In this document: piece by piece, positions 43,356-52,627 of the stretch | Numbering within the stretch: the stretch's first letter is position 1 | How the letters are laid out: each line of letters begins with the position of its first letter | Assembly (NCBI GenBank): GCA_964612845.1 | Contig: CAZTEO010000001.1 | Location: forward strand, 2,933 to 66,932 | Source of the DNA: an uncultured Anaerolineales bacterium | GTDB taxonomy: Bacteria; Chloroflexota; Anaerolineae; B4-G1; SLSP01 | Direction of reading: 5' to 3' | DNA: 64,000 nt | Translations under genes and position numbers: made by a program | The notes under the pieces: model-generated | Told to the model about the DNA's origin: nothing | Database searches by the model: none | What the model saw: only the letters and a program-made list of their open reading frames with translations

Positions 43356-45991
43356 CCATCTTTTTCACTTATCATCTTCAGCCGGTCATCCTTCATCTCC
43401 TGCACCCACGCCACCTCCTCCGCCCGCGTCCCGATCACGCCGTTCAAGCGCAGATCACGCAGGTGGTTGAGAATGCGGTGGAAGATCGGGCCGGGTTTCA
43501 AGCCCATAGCCTTGAGATCATCGCCATCGAGCAGCGGCTCGACGTGCCGCCATCCGGTCCAGTAGCGGTGGATTTTCTGGCGCACCGCGTCCGTCTCTAC
43601 GATAAGCCAGGACGCCGCGAGTAGCGGTGAAATCAACGGCTCCAGGAGCGCTACCACGTCCGCCGGTTGCGTCTCAGCGCGCAGTTGCTCGTAGACCTCG
43701 ACGAGGTCTGGCAACTGCAGCAGCGCGTCGATCAGTTGGCGCGACATCATCAGCCGGTCGGATACACGGCGCAACGCCTGCCGATCCAGGCCGTAGAGGA
43801 AAAGAGCCCAGTGCAGGTAGAGCAGATCCTCGTCGTCCAACTTCCAGAAATCAGCATTCAACTCGGCGCGCAGCCGCGCAAACCGGTGATGCACCGCGTC
43901 GTCATAGCGCAGCGCCGGACGAATCTTCTGGAGCGCGCCAAGTGCGTCTAGCCGCTCCAGCGCCGCCTCCGGCGCCCGCTCGCGGAAGATCTGCTCGAGC
44001 TCGTGGCGGATGCGCCCGCCGGTCACGCGATCCAGCAGCGGCAGCGCTTCCGAAATCAATGCCTCACTGCGCGGGTCGAGGTGAAAGCCCAGCCGCGCCT
44101 CGAAGCGCGCTGCCCGCAGGATGCGCGTCGGATCGTCCACAAAACTGAGGCTGTGCAGCACACGGATGACGCCTCTTTCCAAGTCCTCCTCGCCGCCGAA
44201 GAAGTCCAACATCTCACCCCAATGACCGGGGCTCAGCCAGATAGCCAGCGTATTGATGGTGAAATCGCGGCGGTGCAGATCCTGCTTGATAGAGCTCCAC
44301 TCCACCGTGGGCAGCGCAGTCGGTTTGGTGTAGAACTCGGTACGCGCTGTCACAAAGTCGATGCATTCGGGCAGCGACGCTATCTGACTCTCGGTGATCT
44401 GCGGGGCAACCTGACGCCAGACCTGGGGCGAAAGCAGCCACTTTGCGGTGCCGAAGCGGCGATGCTTGCGCATCTCCCCACCGAACACATCGATCAGCGT
44501 CTCGCACAGGGCGATGGCGTTCCCTTCTACCACCAAATCCACATCCACGATGGGCTGCCCCAGCAGCAGGTCTCGCACAATGCCGCCGACAAAATAGAGG
44601 CGGTCGGAGCGCTCCGCTGCCACCTCACCGATGCGGCGGATGAGCGTCAGCAACGGGCCGGAGAAAGCCTCTTCCATGAGCAACACAACCCGACGTCGTT
44701 CCGCCTCTTGCTCCGAGGGCGGCAGGCGGATGAGGTCGGTGCGCGTGACGACGCCGACCACGTCGCCGTCCTCAACGACGGGCACCTGTCCCCACCCGTG
44801 CTGGATCATGAGGTCCCGCACGCGCTCAGCCGAATCGGTTGGGGAGACGGCAACTTCCCCCGCCTCCATAATGCGGCTGACCGGCTGGCGCTCCCAGCCG
44901 TGCTGCAGCGCCCGGTCGACGGCATTGCGCGTCACCAGGCCGACCACGCGCCCATCCTCATCCAGCACCGGGAACCCCTCGTGCCCGGTGTGGAGCATGC
45001 GGCGAGAGACCTCTCTGATAAAGGTCTCCGGCTTGACGGTGCGCACGCTGTATGACATCAACTGGCGGACCGTAACATGGGGACGCACAAAGTCGGGCAG
45101 CAGCTCCCGGAGCTCGGCGACCACCGCCTCCACGGGGCGACCGCGCACCAGAGCAGCCGCCGCACGGTCGTGCCCACCGCCGCCAAAGTGCTCCGCCACC
45201 TCCCCTACGCTGATATCGTCTGTCGTACCACGGGCTACCAGCTGGGTGCTTTCGTCCAATTCCACCAAAACGAAGAGGGCTGAAGGCTCCAGAAGGTCTC
45301 GCAACTTATGAGCCAGCGTAGAAATCTCTTCATCCATGCCCTCCGGCGCCCGCGCCCAGGCGATGACCACGGCATGGCCCTCGTACTCCACAGTGTCCAT
45401 ATTGTCCAGAAGTTCTTCATACAGCATACGCTGCAACTCGGAAAGTGGATGATGCAGAAACTCATTGACGATTTCCAGATTGGCATCGCGCTCCAAAAGC
45501 CACGCCGCCGCGCGCATATCCCGCGCGGTCGTACTGGAATACGTCAGCCCGCCGGTGTCTTCATAGATACCCGCCAGCATCAGCGTCGCCTCGATACGCC
45601 CCACCGACATAAGGCGTGCGGACATGGTCTCTACCAGCATGGTGGTCGCCGCGCCCAGCACCTCACCGCGAAAGACCCAGTTTTCTGGCAACTGCTCGGG
45701 GCGCTTATGATGATCGATGACCAACACCTGGTCTAGCTCAGGCCCCATGCCCCGCACCGATGTGAGACTCTGCGTATCGACCAGGATCACGCGCCGGATA
45801 TGCCGCCCACGGGGCAAGGCGTCGGGATCGACAAAGGGCAGCTCCGAGCGGTAGAGGGCCAGAAACGCTCGCACGTTGCGATTGATCCGGTGCGGCAGCA
45901 CCGGCTTCGCGTTGGGGTAGAGTTTGTACGCGCCCAGCAACGCGGCAACGGCATCAAAATCTGCGTTTTCGTGCGTCAGAATGATCTGCAT
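43352..45991 (-). CDS. DHH/DHHA1 - CBS pair - tRNA nucleotidyltransferase/poly(A) polymerase fusion protein
   Basis: MQIILTHENADFDAV (DHH), GGGGHDRAAA (DHHA1), a CBS pair (VMSYSVRTV..., VSRIMEAGEVAV...) and a Pol-beta head domain (LYFVGGIVRDLLLG..DVDLVVEG). Start set at ATG 45991; TTG 46027 is the listed start. Confidence 0.8.
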   Translation of the reverse strand: MQIILTHENADFDAVAALLGAYKLYPNAKPVLPHRINRNVRAFLALYRSELPFVDPDALPRGRHIRRVILVDTQSLTSVRGMGPELDQVLVIDHHKRPEQLPENWVFRGEVLGAATTMLVETMSARLMSVGRIEATLMLAGIYEDTGGLTYSSTTARDMRAAAWLLERDANLEIVNEFLHHPLSELQRMLYEELLDNMDTVEYEGHAVVIAWARAPEGMDEEISTLAHKLRDLLEPSALFVLVELDESTQLVARGTTDDISVGEVAEHFGGGGHDRAAAALVRGRPVEAVVAELRELLPDFVRPHVTVRQLMSYSVRTVKPETFIREVSRRMLHTGHEGFPVLDEDGRVVGLVTRNAVDRALQHGWERQPVSRIMEAGEVAVSPTDSAERVRDLMIQHGWGQVPVVEDGDVVGVVTRTDLIRLPPSEQEAERRRVVLLMEEAFSGPLLTLIRRIGEVAAERSDRLYFVGGIVRDLLLGQPIVDVDLVVEGNAIALCETLIDVFGGEMRKHRRFGTAKWLLSPQVWRQVAPQITESQIASLPECIDFVTARTEFYTKPTALPTVEWSSIKQDLHRRDFTINTLAIWLSPGHWGEMLDFFGGEEDLERGVIRVLHSLSFVDDPTRILRAARFEARLGFHLDPRSEALISEALPLLDRVTGGRIRHELEQIFRERAPEAALERLDALGALQKIRPALRYDDAVHHRFARLRAELNADFWKLDDEDLLYLHWALFLYGLDRQALRRVSDRLMMSRQLIDALLQLPDLVEVYEQLRAETQPADVVALLEPLISPLLAASWLIVETDAVRQKIHRYWTGWRHVEPLLDGDDLKAMGLKPGPIFHRILNHLRDLRLNGVIGTRAEEVAWVQEMKDDRLKMISEKDG

Positions 45992-46055
45992 AGGAAATGA
46001 CAAAACACCAAATGACCAAATCGGCAAATATCAAAGATGTGACGGGTTTCACCTG

Positions 46056-46097
46056 CATCCAACATCGAGCTTCCAGCATCCAGCATCAAGCTTCCAG
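46056..46097. repeat. two tandem 21-nt direct repeats
   Basis: CATCCAACATCGAGCTTCCAG / CATCCAGCATCAAGCTTCCAG (19/21 identical), followed by a partial CAT. Located between the trmO stop and the CCA-enzyme start. Confidence 0.6.
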
Positions 46098-46121
46098 CAT
46101 TATATCACGGCTTATCTGAGG

Positions 46122-46610
46122 CTACGATTTCGGGTGGAAGCGGTCGTCGGCGCGCCGGTGCCGGGCCAGCTGATCTTTACCCGTCAGCCAACCGCTGCGC
46201 ACCTCGTCGTCGTTGCGGAACATGGGCACGTAGGGCTTGATATCGAGCAGAGGCGTCCCAGCGACCATGTCCACGTCGAGCACGTGGAGTATCGCACCCT
46301 CAATCTTTTCCAGACGTACCAGCGAGAGGCCGATAGGATTGGGCCGGCGCGGCGCGCGAGTGGCAAAAAGACCGCGCGGCGTCTCATCAAGAAAGGGCTT
46401 GACCTGCAGCTCGTAGCCAGACGAAAGATGGAAGTGATAGAGTAGCAGTATGTGCGAGAAGCCCTCCAAGTCTTTGAGTCCGGCTGCATAGCGATCATCC
46501 AGCTCGACACGTCCGCGCACGCCGCGTGCCGCCGAGGGTTGGATGGGCGCCCCCTGCGGCGCGTCAAAGGGGGTGTGGATCACACCGATGGATCGGTAGC
46601 AGAGCGACAT
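46122..46610 (-). CDS. trmO: tRNA (t6A37-N6)-methyltransferase TrmO/TsaA (YaeB family)
   Basis: IGVIHTPF...GFSHILLLYHFH...ATRAPRRPNPIGLSLVRL...VLDVDMVAGTPLLDIKPY, as in the TsaA/YaeB family. Confidence 0.85.
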   Translation of the reverse strand: MSLCYRSIGVIHTPFDAPQGAPIQPSAARGVRGRVELDDRYAAGLKDLEGFSHILLLYHFHLSSGYELQVKPFLDETPRGLFATRAPRRPNPIGLSLVRLEKIEGAILHVLDVDMVAGTPLLDIKPYVPMFRNDDEVRSGWLTGKDQLARHRRADDRFHPKS

Positions 46611-46758
46611 GCGTCCTCCTAAAACTGTGTATGGCTGATGTACCTCAAGTATAGTTTATCAGCCGCAAAGTCAATCCGCCGACTTCGCAAATCCAGGGTG
46701 CAGGGCTATAATGAGCTGCACATCATCACCTTTGGTCACAAAACACAAGGAGTCTCAG

Positions 46759-46953
46759 ATGACACGACGGTCTCGACGGTATCTACGCCTGCGCAGCGCC
46801 GAACGCCCGCTTTTCATCGTCGGCGCGACGCTCTACGTGATCGGTCTCTTCGGCGGGGTCAACCTGCTGACCATGCCAACAACGACTGCCATCCTGCTGC
46901 TCGGTCTCGGCGGCGGGATGCTAATGATCACAACACTGAGTCTCATCTGGTAG
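46759..46953 (+). CDS. small two-TM membrane protein
   Basis: AAGGAG 6 nt upstream of ATG 46759. MTRRSRRYLRLRSAERPLFIVGATLYVIGLFGG...LLLGLGGGMLMITTL. Confidence 0.45.
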   Translation: MTRRSRRYLRLRSAERPLFIVGATLYVIGLFGGVNLLTMPTTTAILLLGLGGGMLMITTLSLIW

Positions 46954-46959
46954 GTCGTT

Positions 46960-48201
46960 ATGTGGAATCAATTGGATCTCTTCTCAGGCCCAGAACACCC
47001 TTTCTCCGTCAGTGAGGTTACGAGCCGTATCCGCAGCCTGTTGGAGCGGGAACCCAGCTTCCAGAATCTCTGGATTGAAGGCGAGGTTTCCAACTTCTCG
47101 CAAGCATCCTCGGGGCACTGCTATTTTACGCTGAAGGACAGCGCGGCGCGGATCTCGTGCGTGATCTGGCGCAGCACGGCTCGCCGACTCCGCTACCTGC
47201 CCAAATCGGGGGATCAGGTTGTGGCGCACGGCAACATTGGCTTATACGAGGCCGGCGGACAGTACCAGCTCTACGTCGACGCGGTGCAGCCCGCCGGGCG
47301 CGGCACGCTCTACCAGGAGTACGAGCGGCTGAAAGCGCAGTTGGAAGCCGAGGGCGTCTTCGACCCGGAACGCAAACGCCCGCTGCCCGCGTTCCCCCGG
47401 CGCATCGGCGTGGTCACCTCGCCGACGGCGGCGGCGCTGCGGGACGTGCTCAACGTGCTGCGCCGACGCTACCCGCTGGTCGAGGTGCTGCTCTCCCCGA
47501 CGCTGGTGCAGGGCGATGCCGCGCCTCCCCGCATCGTCGCGGCGCTGGACGCGCTCAACGCTCGCGACGACGTCGATGTCATCCTGGTCGTGCGCGGAGG
47601 TGGCTCGCTGGAAGACTTGTGGGCCTTCAACGACGAGCGCGTCGCGCGGGCAGTGGCAGCCTCCCGTATCCCCGTCGTCTCCGGCGTGGGGCACGAGACC
47701 GACTTCTCGCTGGCGGATTTCGCCGCTGATCGCCGCGCGCCGACGCCTTCGGCAGCAGCCGAGGTCGCCACCCCGGACCGCAGCGAACTACGCATGGGAA
47801 TCTCTCAAACGCGCGACCGGCTGGATCGTCTTATCGCTGCCCAACTAACTGAGCGGCGAAATCGCATCCAGCAGCTGCAGCGCAATCTGCAGCACCTCTC
47901 ACCGCGCACGCGCCTGGACAACGCACGCCAGCAGGTCGATGGGCTAACAGCGCAGCTGGATTCCGCGTTCCGCCATTGCCTCGACCGCGATACGCAGCAC
48001 GTGCAGGAGCTGACCGCGCGGCTGACCAACCTCGACCCGGAGCGGGTGCTGCAGCGCGGTTACGCCATCGTCCGCGAGCGAGGGACGGAAAAGGTGTTGA
48101 GCTCCACGAGCCAGGCACGCCCCAATCTCGCGCTTGATCTTCAGATGCACGATGGCACCATTCCGGTTCGCGTGGAGCAGGACAAACATAGCGAGCATTG
48201 A
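46960..48201 (+). CDS. xseA: exodeoxyribonuclease VII large subunit
   Basis: OB-fold N-terminus SVSEVTSRIRSLLE...LWIEGEVSNF...SGHCYFTLKD, catalytic core RIGVVTSPTAAALRD and VVRGGGSLEDLWAFN. Confidence 0.9.
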   Translation: MWNQLDLFSGPEHPFSVSEVTSRIRSLLEREPSFQNLWIEGEVSNFSQASSGHCYFTLKDSAARISCVIWRSTARRLRYLPKSGDQVVAHGNIGLYEAGGQYQLYVDAVQPAGRGTLYQEYERLKAQLEAEGVFDPERKRPLPAFPRRIGVVTSPTAAALRDVLNVLRRRYPLVEVLLSPTLVQGDAAPPRIVAALDALNARDDVDVILVVRGGGSLEDLWAFNDERVARAVAASRIPVVSGVGHETDFSLADFAADRRAPTPSAAAEVATPDRSELRMGISQTRDRLDRLIAAQLTERRNRIQQLQRNLQHLSPRTRLDNARQQVDGLTAQLDSAFRHCLDRDTQHVQELTARLTNLDPERVLQRGYAIVRERGTEKVLSSTSQARPNLALDLQMHDGTIPVRVEQDKHSEH

Positions 48202-48214
48202 AAGGAATTCACCT

Positions 48215-48610
48215 ATGTTCGAGAACAGCTCAACCTCTGATGAGCAGCTGTCAGATCAGACCGACCGCAGTTGGCTTGGCTGGACAGCGCGCATCTTGGG
48301 CGCACTTCTTGTAGCTTTCTGGTTTGTCAACGGCATTCTCTTCAATCTCAACACGCCCTGGACGGAGGAGTCGCTCATCTTCGCAGGGCTCATCGTCATC
48401 TCGGCGTCAGATGTCGGCCTGGCGTGGTGGCGGGCTGATATTGGCGGCCTCGCGTTGCTGACGACAGCCCTGGCCCACGGCGTCTTCGCCTACATCGCCT
48501 CCGATCACAATCTAGGCGTCACCGTGGCGATCAGAGCAGGCCCTTTCCTTGTCGTGGCGCTGCTCTTTCTCGCCGCCTGGCAGTACAGCGGAAGGAGGAC
48601 AGGTGTATGA
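48215..48610 (+). CDS. small 4-TM membrane protein (paralog of the next gene)
   Basis: Start set at ATG 48215 (MFENSS...). LGWTARILGALLVAFWFVNG parallels LRWTGRVLSVVSIGILLLFFIGEG of the downstream ORF. Confidence 0.5.
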   Translation: MFENSSTSDEQLSDQTDRSWLGWTARILGALLVAFWFVNGILFNLNTPWTEESLIFAGLIVISASDVGLAWWRADIGGLALLTTALAHGVFAYIASDHNLGVTVAIRAGPFLVVALLFLAAWQYSGRRTGV

Positions 48611-48972
48611 ACAGATCAACGCTCAGCCAGATACTACGCTGGACGGGACGGGTGCTCAGCGTTGTCTCTATCGGCATCCTCCTGCTTTTCTTCATCGGCG
48701 AGGGAGATTTCAGCCAGCCGCCGCAGTTGACGCTCAAGGAGTGGCTGGGACTGCTCTTCTTCCCCGGCGGCATCGTCATCGGCATGATCTTGGGCTGGCG
48801 TCGGGAAAGCCTGGGGGCGTTCATCGCCCTGGCAAGTCTGGCAGCCTTCTATCTTATCCAACTGGTATTCTTCGGTGACTTCCCCGGCGGGCCTTTCTTC
48901 TTGCTCTTCACGCTGCCTGCGCTGCTAATGGGCCTTGCCGGGTGGGTATCCGAGACACAACAAAGCAGATGA
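48607..48972 (+). CDS. small 4-TM membrane protein
   Basis: ATGA start/stop overlap with the previous gene. 121 aa, hydrophobic. Confidence 0.55.
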   Translation: MNRSTLSQILRWTGRVLSVVSIGILLLFFIGEGDFSQPPQLTLKEWLGLLFFPGGIVIGMILGWRRESLGAFIALASLAAFYLIQLVFFGDFPGGPFFLLFTLPALLMGLAGWVSETQQSR

Positions 48973-48984
48973 AGTCAACCCAAT

Positions 48985-49019
48985 AAAAAACTTCCGGGAC
49001 GCGGCTAGCATCCCGGAAG
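48985..49019 (-). terminator. rho-independent terminator of the kinase gene (hairpin shared by the convergent + strand genes)
   Basis: CTTCCGGGA-cgcggctagca-TCCCGGAAG. On the minus strand it is followed by TTTTTT. Confidence 0.65.
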
Positions 49020-49035
49020 TTGCAGTTGGCGAGAT

Positions 49036-52000
49036 CTAGGGAGCCAATACCCGCACATTGTCAAAGGCAATATCGACAAACTCCCCATCAAGAGCGTTGA
49101 CGGCGAACCCTATATTGCCCTCAGTGAGCGCGTCGTCGGTGAACTCAGCAACGAGCACGTCGTTGACCCAGAAACGGACTTGCGTTCCTTCACAGGAGAG
49201 CCGCATGGTGTTCATCACGCCGGTCCCCTGCTTGACCGCATCCGATTGAACCGGACCCACGAAACTGGTCAGTTCATCGTTATATTCCCGTCCGGCGCTC
49301 ACATAGCCATCAGAACTGTATCCCCCAAAATAATACTCATCGCCATCGACGCGACACTCGACCTTGTGCCAATCGTCCAGGGTCCCATCGATGTGGATGC
49401 TCTCTGCCTCAATAATCACATCAGAGAAGGACCGGTCGAGATACGTCCAGTTACCGAAATCGCCGGCAGTGTAGTTCAGGATATGCAGCTGACCGTCCTC
49501 AAACCAGACTCTTCCATCGTCATCTTCTCCCGTCCACCAGCCGGGATCGGGGTCTGAGAAGTCATCGGTGAAGAGCACGTTCGCGTCATCAGTCTCTGCC
49601 GGTGGCGGCGTGGGCCGCTGGCCCGCCGGGCGGCGGTCGTCAATATCCGTCTCATTATCAATAAACGTGTTATCGCCCAGCGCGGGATTCGTCGTTGATT
49701 CGATGAAGAGTCCCCACTGGTTGCGGCTGAGCGTGTTGTTCTCCGCAATGCCGGCAGCCGTTTCGAAATAAGCGATCCCCGCTTCTCCGTTGTCGGTCAG
49801 TGTGTTGTTGCGAAGCGTCGGCGTCGCTTCATCGTTGACGCCAATGCCATTTAACACGTTGTCGGTGACCTCGTTGTTCTGCACCAAGCCACTCGACGTG
49901 CTGAAGAAGACAATCCCGCTCTCGCCGCTCTCCCGAACTGTGTTGCCGTCCAGCGTAGGCTGCGCCTGATCCCGGACAATAATGCCAGAAAGCGTGTTAC
50001 TAATACAGGTGTTCCCAACAATGCGCGCGCTGACCTCATCCGACATACGAATGCCCACCTGAACGTTACGACTGGTCTCGTTACCCTCGATGAGCGGGTT
50101 GCTGGTATCGTAGAGATCGATGCCGTGCAGACCATTGCCGGTGAAGACATTGTCACGCGCCACACCGCCCGCGCTACCGAAGTAAGCAATGCCACTCTCG
50201 ACGTTATCCCTTGCCGTGTTGCTCTCCACCGTAGGTGTGGCCTGGTCGCGGATGATGATGCCGGAAAGCCCGTTGCGACTGCAGGCGTTATCGCGTGCCG
50301 TACCGCTGCTCTCGTCAGCAAAACGCATCCCAACCTCGACGTTATCAGAGCAGAGATTGTTCTCCAGCGTGGGCGCAGAGGTTCCGTTGATCCCAATGCC
50401 GTGGAGACCGTTGTTGGAGCAATCGTTGTTGCGCGCCGTGCCCCCGGAGGCCTCGAAATAGACAATGCCGTCCTCAGTATTATCGGTGCAGGTGTTGCCT
50501 TCCAGCGTGGGCACAGCGTTGTCATTCACCCCAATGCCGTGAAGTCCGTTTTGCGTGGACGTATTGTTGTACGCGGCACCGTCGCTCTCGCCGAAGTAGG
50601 TCAGACCCGACTCATCGTTATCCCGCAGGGTGTTGCCATCAATCACCGCCGAGGCGTTGTCGGACAGGCTGATACCGTTCAAGACATTCCGCTCGCAGGT
50701 ATTACTGTTGATCTCGGCTGAGCTGTTATCGCGCAGGTGAATGCCCATCTGATCATTGTCGCTGCAGACGTTGTTCGAGAGAATCAAACCGGCATCGTCT
50801 TCCAGGCGGAAACCGTCCAGATTATTCTCCACAGCCTCACTGTTGAAGACCATGCCCTGGGTTGTGCCCTGAACCTTGAGACCGGCGCGCGGCGTGCCAT
50901 CCTCAACATGAACCGCGCCAGTGAAGCGGCAGCGCTCCACAACAATCTCCTCGCCGTCGGCAAGCACGACATCGGCCTCTGCCTCTCCCTCGTGGCGAAC
51001 GGTCAGATCGCGCAGCGCCAACGTACCGTCACCGGTGAAGTGCAGCACATACTCCGGTCCGTCGCTGACGATGACCGTCTCTTCCATGCCAGCACCAGTT
51101 AGGGTGATGGCTCTGCCAATCTCCAAAGGCGCATCCAAGCGGTAAGTAGCCGCCTCCAGCGCAATCGTCGAGCCGGGATCTAGTCCCATCACGGCTTCCT
51201 GTAAGGTATCAAATTCCGCATTGCCGCCAGCCGGAAGCGCGATGGTACGCGGAGAAGCCGACGTCGCCAAAGGCTCCGGCGTGACCGTCGGCGGCTTCTC
51301 CTCCGCCTCCTCGGTCGTGACCGCCGGTTCCGTGACGACTGCCGGGGTAGAAGTGGGCCGCGCGCCATCTCGCAAGAAGAACCAATAGACCCCTCCAGCC
51401 ATCACACTCATTCCCATGCAGGCAAAGATAACGATGGCCAAAGTGATCCAAATCGTCATATTCTTCTTCTTGGTCTTCTGAGGTGCGGATTCCGGTGAGG
51501 CGCTCTCCTCAAAAGGAGAGGGGATGACCTCTGTGGCCCCAAGGGGTGAAGGCGGAGCTACAGCCGTCGTTGGTTGCGGCGCAGGAGCATCCTGGAGCGC
51601 GCGCCGCATCTCTTGGGCGTTCTGGAACCGATCAACCGGTCGCAGTTCCATGGCCCGCAACAAAGCCGACTCAATATGCGGGCTGATACTCGGATTGAAC
51701 TGGCGGACCGCGTGCAGACTCTCTGGATTGACGACTCGTTCCGTCGCGCTGGGCGGCACTTTCCCGGTCAGCGCGTGGTACAGCGTAGCGCCCAAACTGT
51801 AGAGATCGCTGCGTGGATCGGTATGTCCGCGCGTGGGATCGTACTGCTCAGGCGGCGCGTAGCCCGGTGTGCCCATGGACTTGATGACGCTCCGGGTCCG
51901 AGGATCGTTGGGATTCCAGAGCTTTACCAGGCCAAAATCCACCAGGACCAGCTGCCCATCCGGGCGCAGAATGACGTTTTGTGGCTTGATGTCGCGGTGG

Positions 52001-52410
52001 ATAATGCCCTGATCGTGAATGTAAGCCAGCGCATCCAGCAGTTGATCTCCCCAAGCCGCCACCTGGGTCTCAGGAAGCGCTCCACTCCGCGAGATATATT
52101 CCTGAAGATTCTCACCTTCCACAAAAGACATGACCAGATAGACGTTCTCGTTTTCTTCAAAGAAATCAGAGACGTTGACCAGATTAGGATGATCAAATTT
52201 GGCCACGACTGCAGCCTCACGCTTGAACTGCGCCTGTAATTCCTCCAGCTCCTCACGTTCCAGATCGGGCTGCGGCACCATCTCTTTGAGGGCCAAGGGA
52301 ATTTCCAGGCGCAAATCCCAGGCCCGGTAGACGGCTCCCATGCCGCCCTGTCCTAACAGCGAGACAATACGGTAACGATCCTGTAGTACGGTTCCGGTAG
52401 TCAGCGTCAT
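49036..52410 (-). CDS. Ser/Thr protein kinase - TM - right-handed beta-helix (PbH1) array - ConA/LamG-like domain
   Basis: Hanks kinase motifs (LGQGGMGAVYRA, ALKEM, HRDIKPQN, DFG, GTPGYAPPE). TM segment IWITLAIVIFACMGMSVMAGGVYWFFL. About 17 repeats of about 23 aa (N..C..N...GI). C-terminal jelly-roll-like domain of about 200 aa. Confidence 0.88.
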   Translation of the reverse strand: MTLTTGTVLQDRYRIVSLLGQGGMGAVYRAWDLRLEIPLALKEMVPQPDLEREELEELQAQFKREAAVVAKFDHPNLVNVSDFFEENENVYLVMSFVEGENLQEYISRSGALPETQVAAWGDQLLDALAYIHDQGIIHRDIKPQNVILRPDGQLVLVDFGLVKLWNPNDPRTRSVIKSMGTPGYAPPEQYDPTRGHTDPRSDLYSLGATLYHALTGKVPPSATERVVNPESLHAVRQFNPSISPHIESALLRAMELRPVDRFQNAQEMRRALQDAPAPQPTTAVAPPSPLGATEVIPSPFEESASPESAPQKTKKKNMTIWITLAIVIFACMGMSVMAGGVYWFFLRDGARPTSTPAVVTEPAVTTEEAEEKPPTVTPEPLATSASPRTIALPAGGNAEFDTLQEAVMGLDPGSTIALEAATYRLDAPLEIGRAITLTGAGMEETVIVSDGPEYVLHFTGDGTLALRDLTVRHEGEAEADVVLADGEEIVVERCRFTGAVHVEDGTPRAGLKVQGTTQGMVFNSEAVENNLDGFRLEDDAGLILSNNVCSDNDQMGIHLRDNSSAEINSNTCERNVLNGISLSDNASAVIDGNTLRDNDESGLTYFGESDGAAYNNTSTQNGLHGIGVNDNAVPTLEGNTCTDNTEDGIVYFEASGGTARNNDCSNNGLHGIGINGTSAPTLENNLCSDNVEVGMRFADESSGTARDNACSRNGLSGIIIRDQATPTVESNTARDNVESGIAYFGSAGGVARDNVFTGNGLHGIDLYDTSNPLIEGNETSRNVQVGIRMSDEVSARIVGNTCISNTLSGIIVRDQAQPTLDGNTVRESGESGIVFFSTSSGLVQNNEVTDNVLNGIGVNDEATPTLRNNTLTDNGEAGIAYFETAAGIAENNTLSRNQWGLFIESTTNPALGDNTFIDNETDIDDRRPAGQRPTPPPAETDDANVLFTDDFSDPDPGWWTGEDDDGRVWFEDGQLHILNYTAGDFGNWTYLDRSFSDVIIEAESIHIDGTLDDWHKVECRVDGDEYYFGGYSSDGYVSAGREYNDELTSFVGPVQSDAVKQGTGVMNTMRLSCEGTQVRFWVNDVLVAEFTDDALTEGNIGFAVNALDGEFVDIAFDNVRVLAP
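49640..50835 (-). repeat. coding tandem array of about 69-nt units (PbH1 parallel beta-helix repeats) inside the kinase gene
   Basis: Protein-level periodicity, e.g. NNTSTQNGLHGIGVNDNAVPTLEGNTCTDNTEDGIVYFEASGGTAR / NNDCSNNGLHGIGINGTSAPTLENNLCSDNVEVGMRFADESSGTAR. Boundaries were estimated by counting residues. Confidence 0.7.
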
Positions 52411-52627
52411 TGGTTTTTACCTCCATGAGTCCGTAGCATGGCTTACCTAGTCCTCGGCGCCGGAGCCATACATTCCGAACGCAAAGGCAACACAGGAGAG
52501 TGGAATACTACCAGTATACTCAGAGGAATGGTCAACGTCAATGGGGAAATCAACAGATCGGAGACCAAAGACAGGAGTCCTGTTCGCCAAACCGGTCAGC
52601 GGACGCCTGTCCTCGTTCTCCGGTCAA

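Noticed and set aside
44003-45055. 350-aa ORF on the + strand, and similar long antisense ORFs at 40383..41033, 58187..59020, 60835..61779 and 53099..53824
   Set aside because: Each lies opposite a confidently identified gene: the CCA enzyme, tkt, proA, GH31 and the ABC permease. They are high-GC shadow ORFs with no SD or motif support.
48202-48972. xseB (exonuclease VII small subunit) downstream of xseA
   Set aside because: Both downstream ORFs are hydrophobic multi-TM proteins. Neither shows the XseB-type helical hairpin pattern of about 70-80 aa.
49640-50835. About 69-nt periodic DNA that could look like a repeat array or CRISPR
   Set aside because: The periodicity is at the protein level (PbH1 beta-helix repeats) inside one long ORF. 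The units are divergent in DNA and there are no unique spacers or cas genes.
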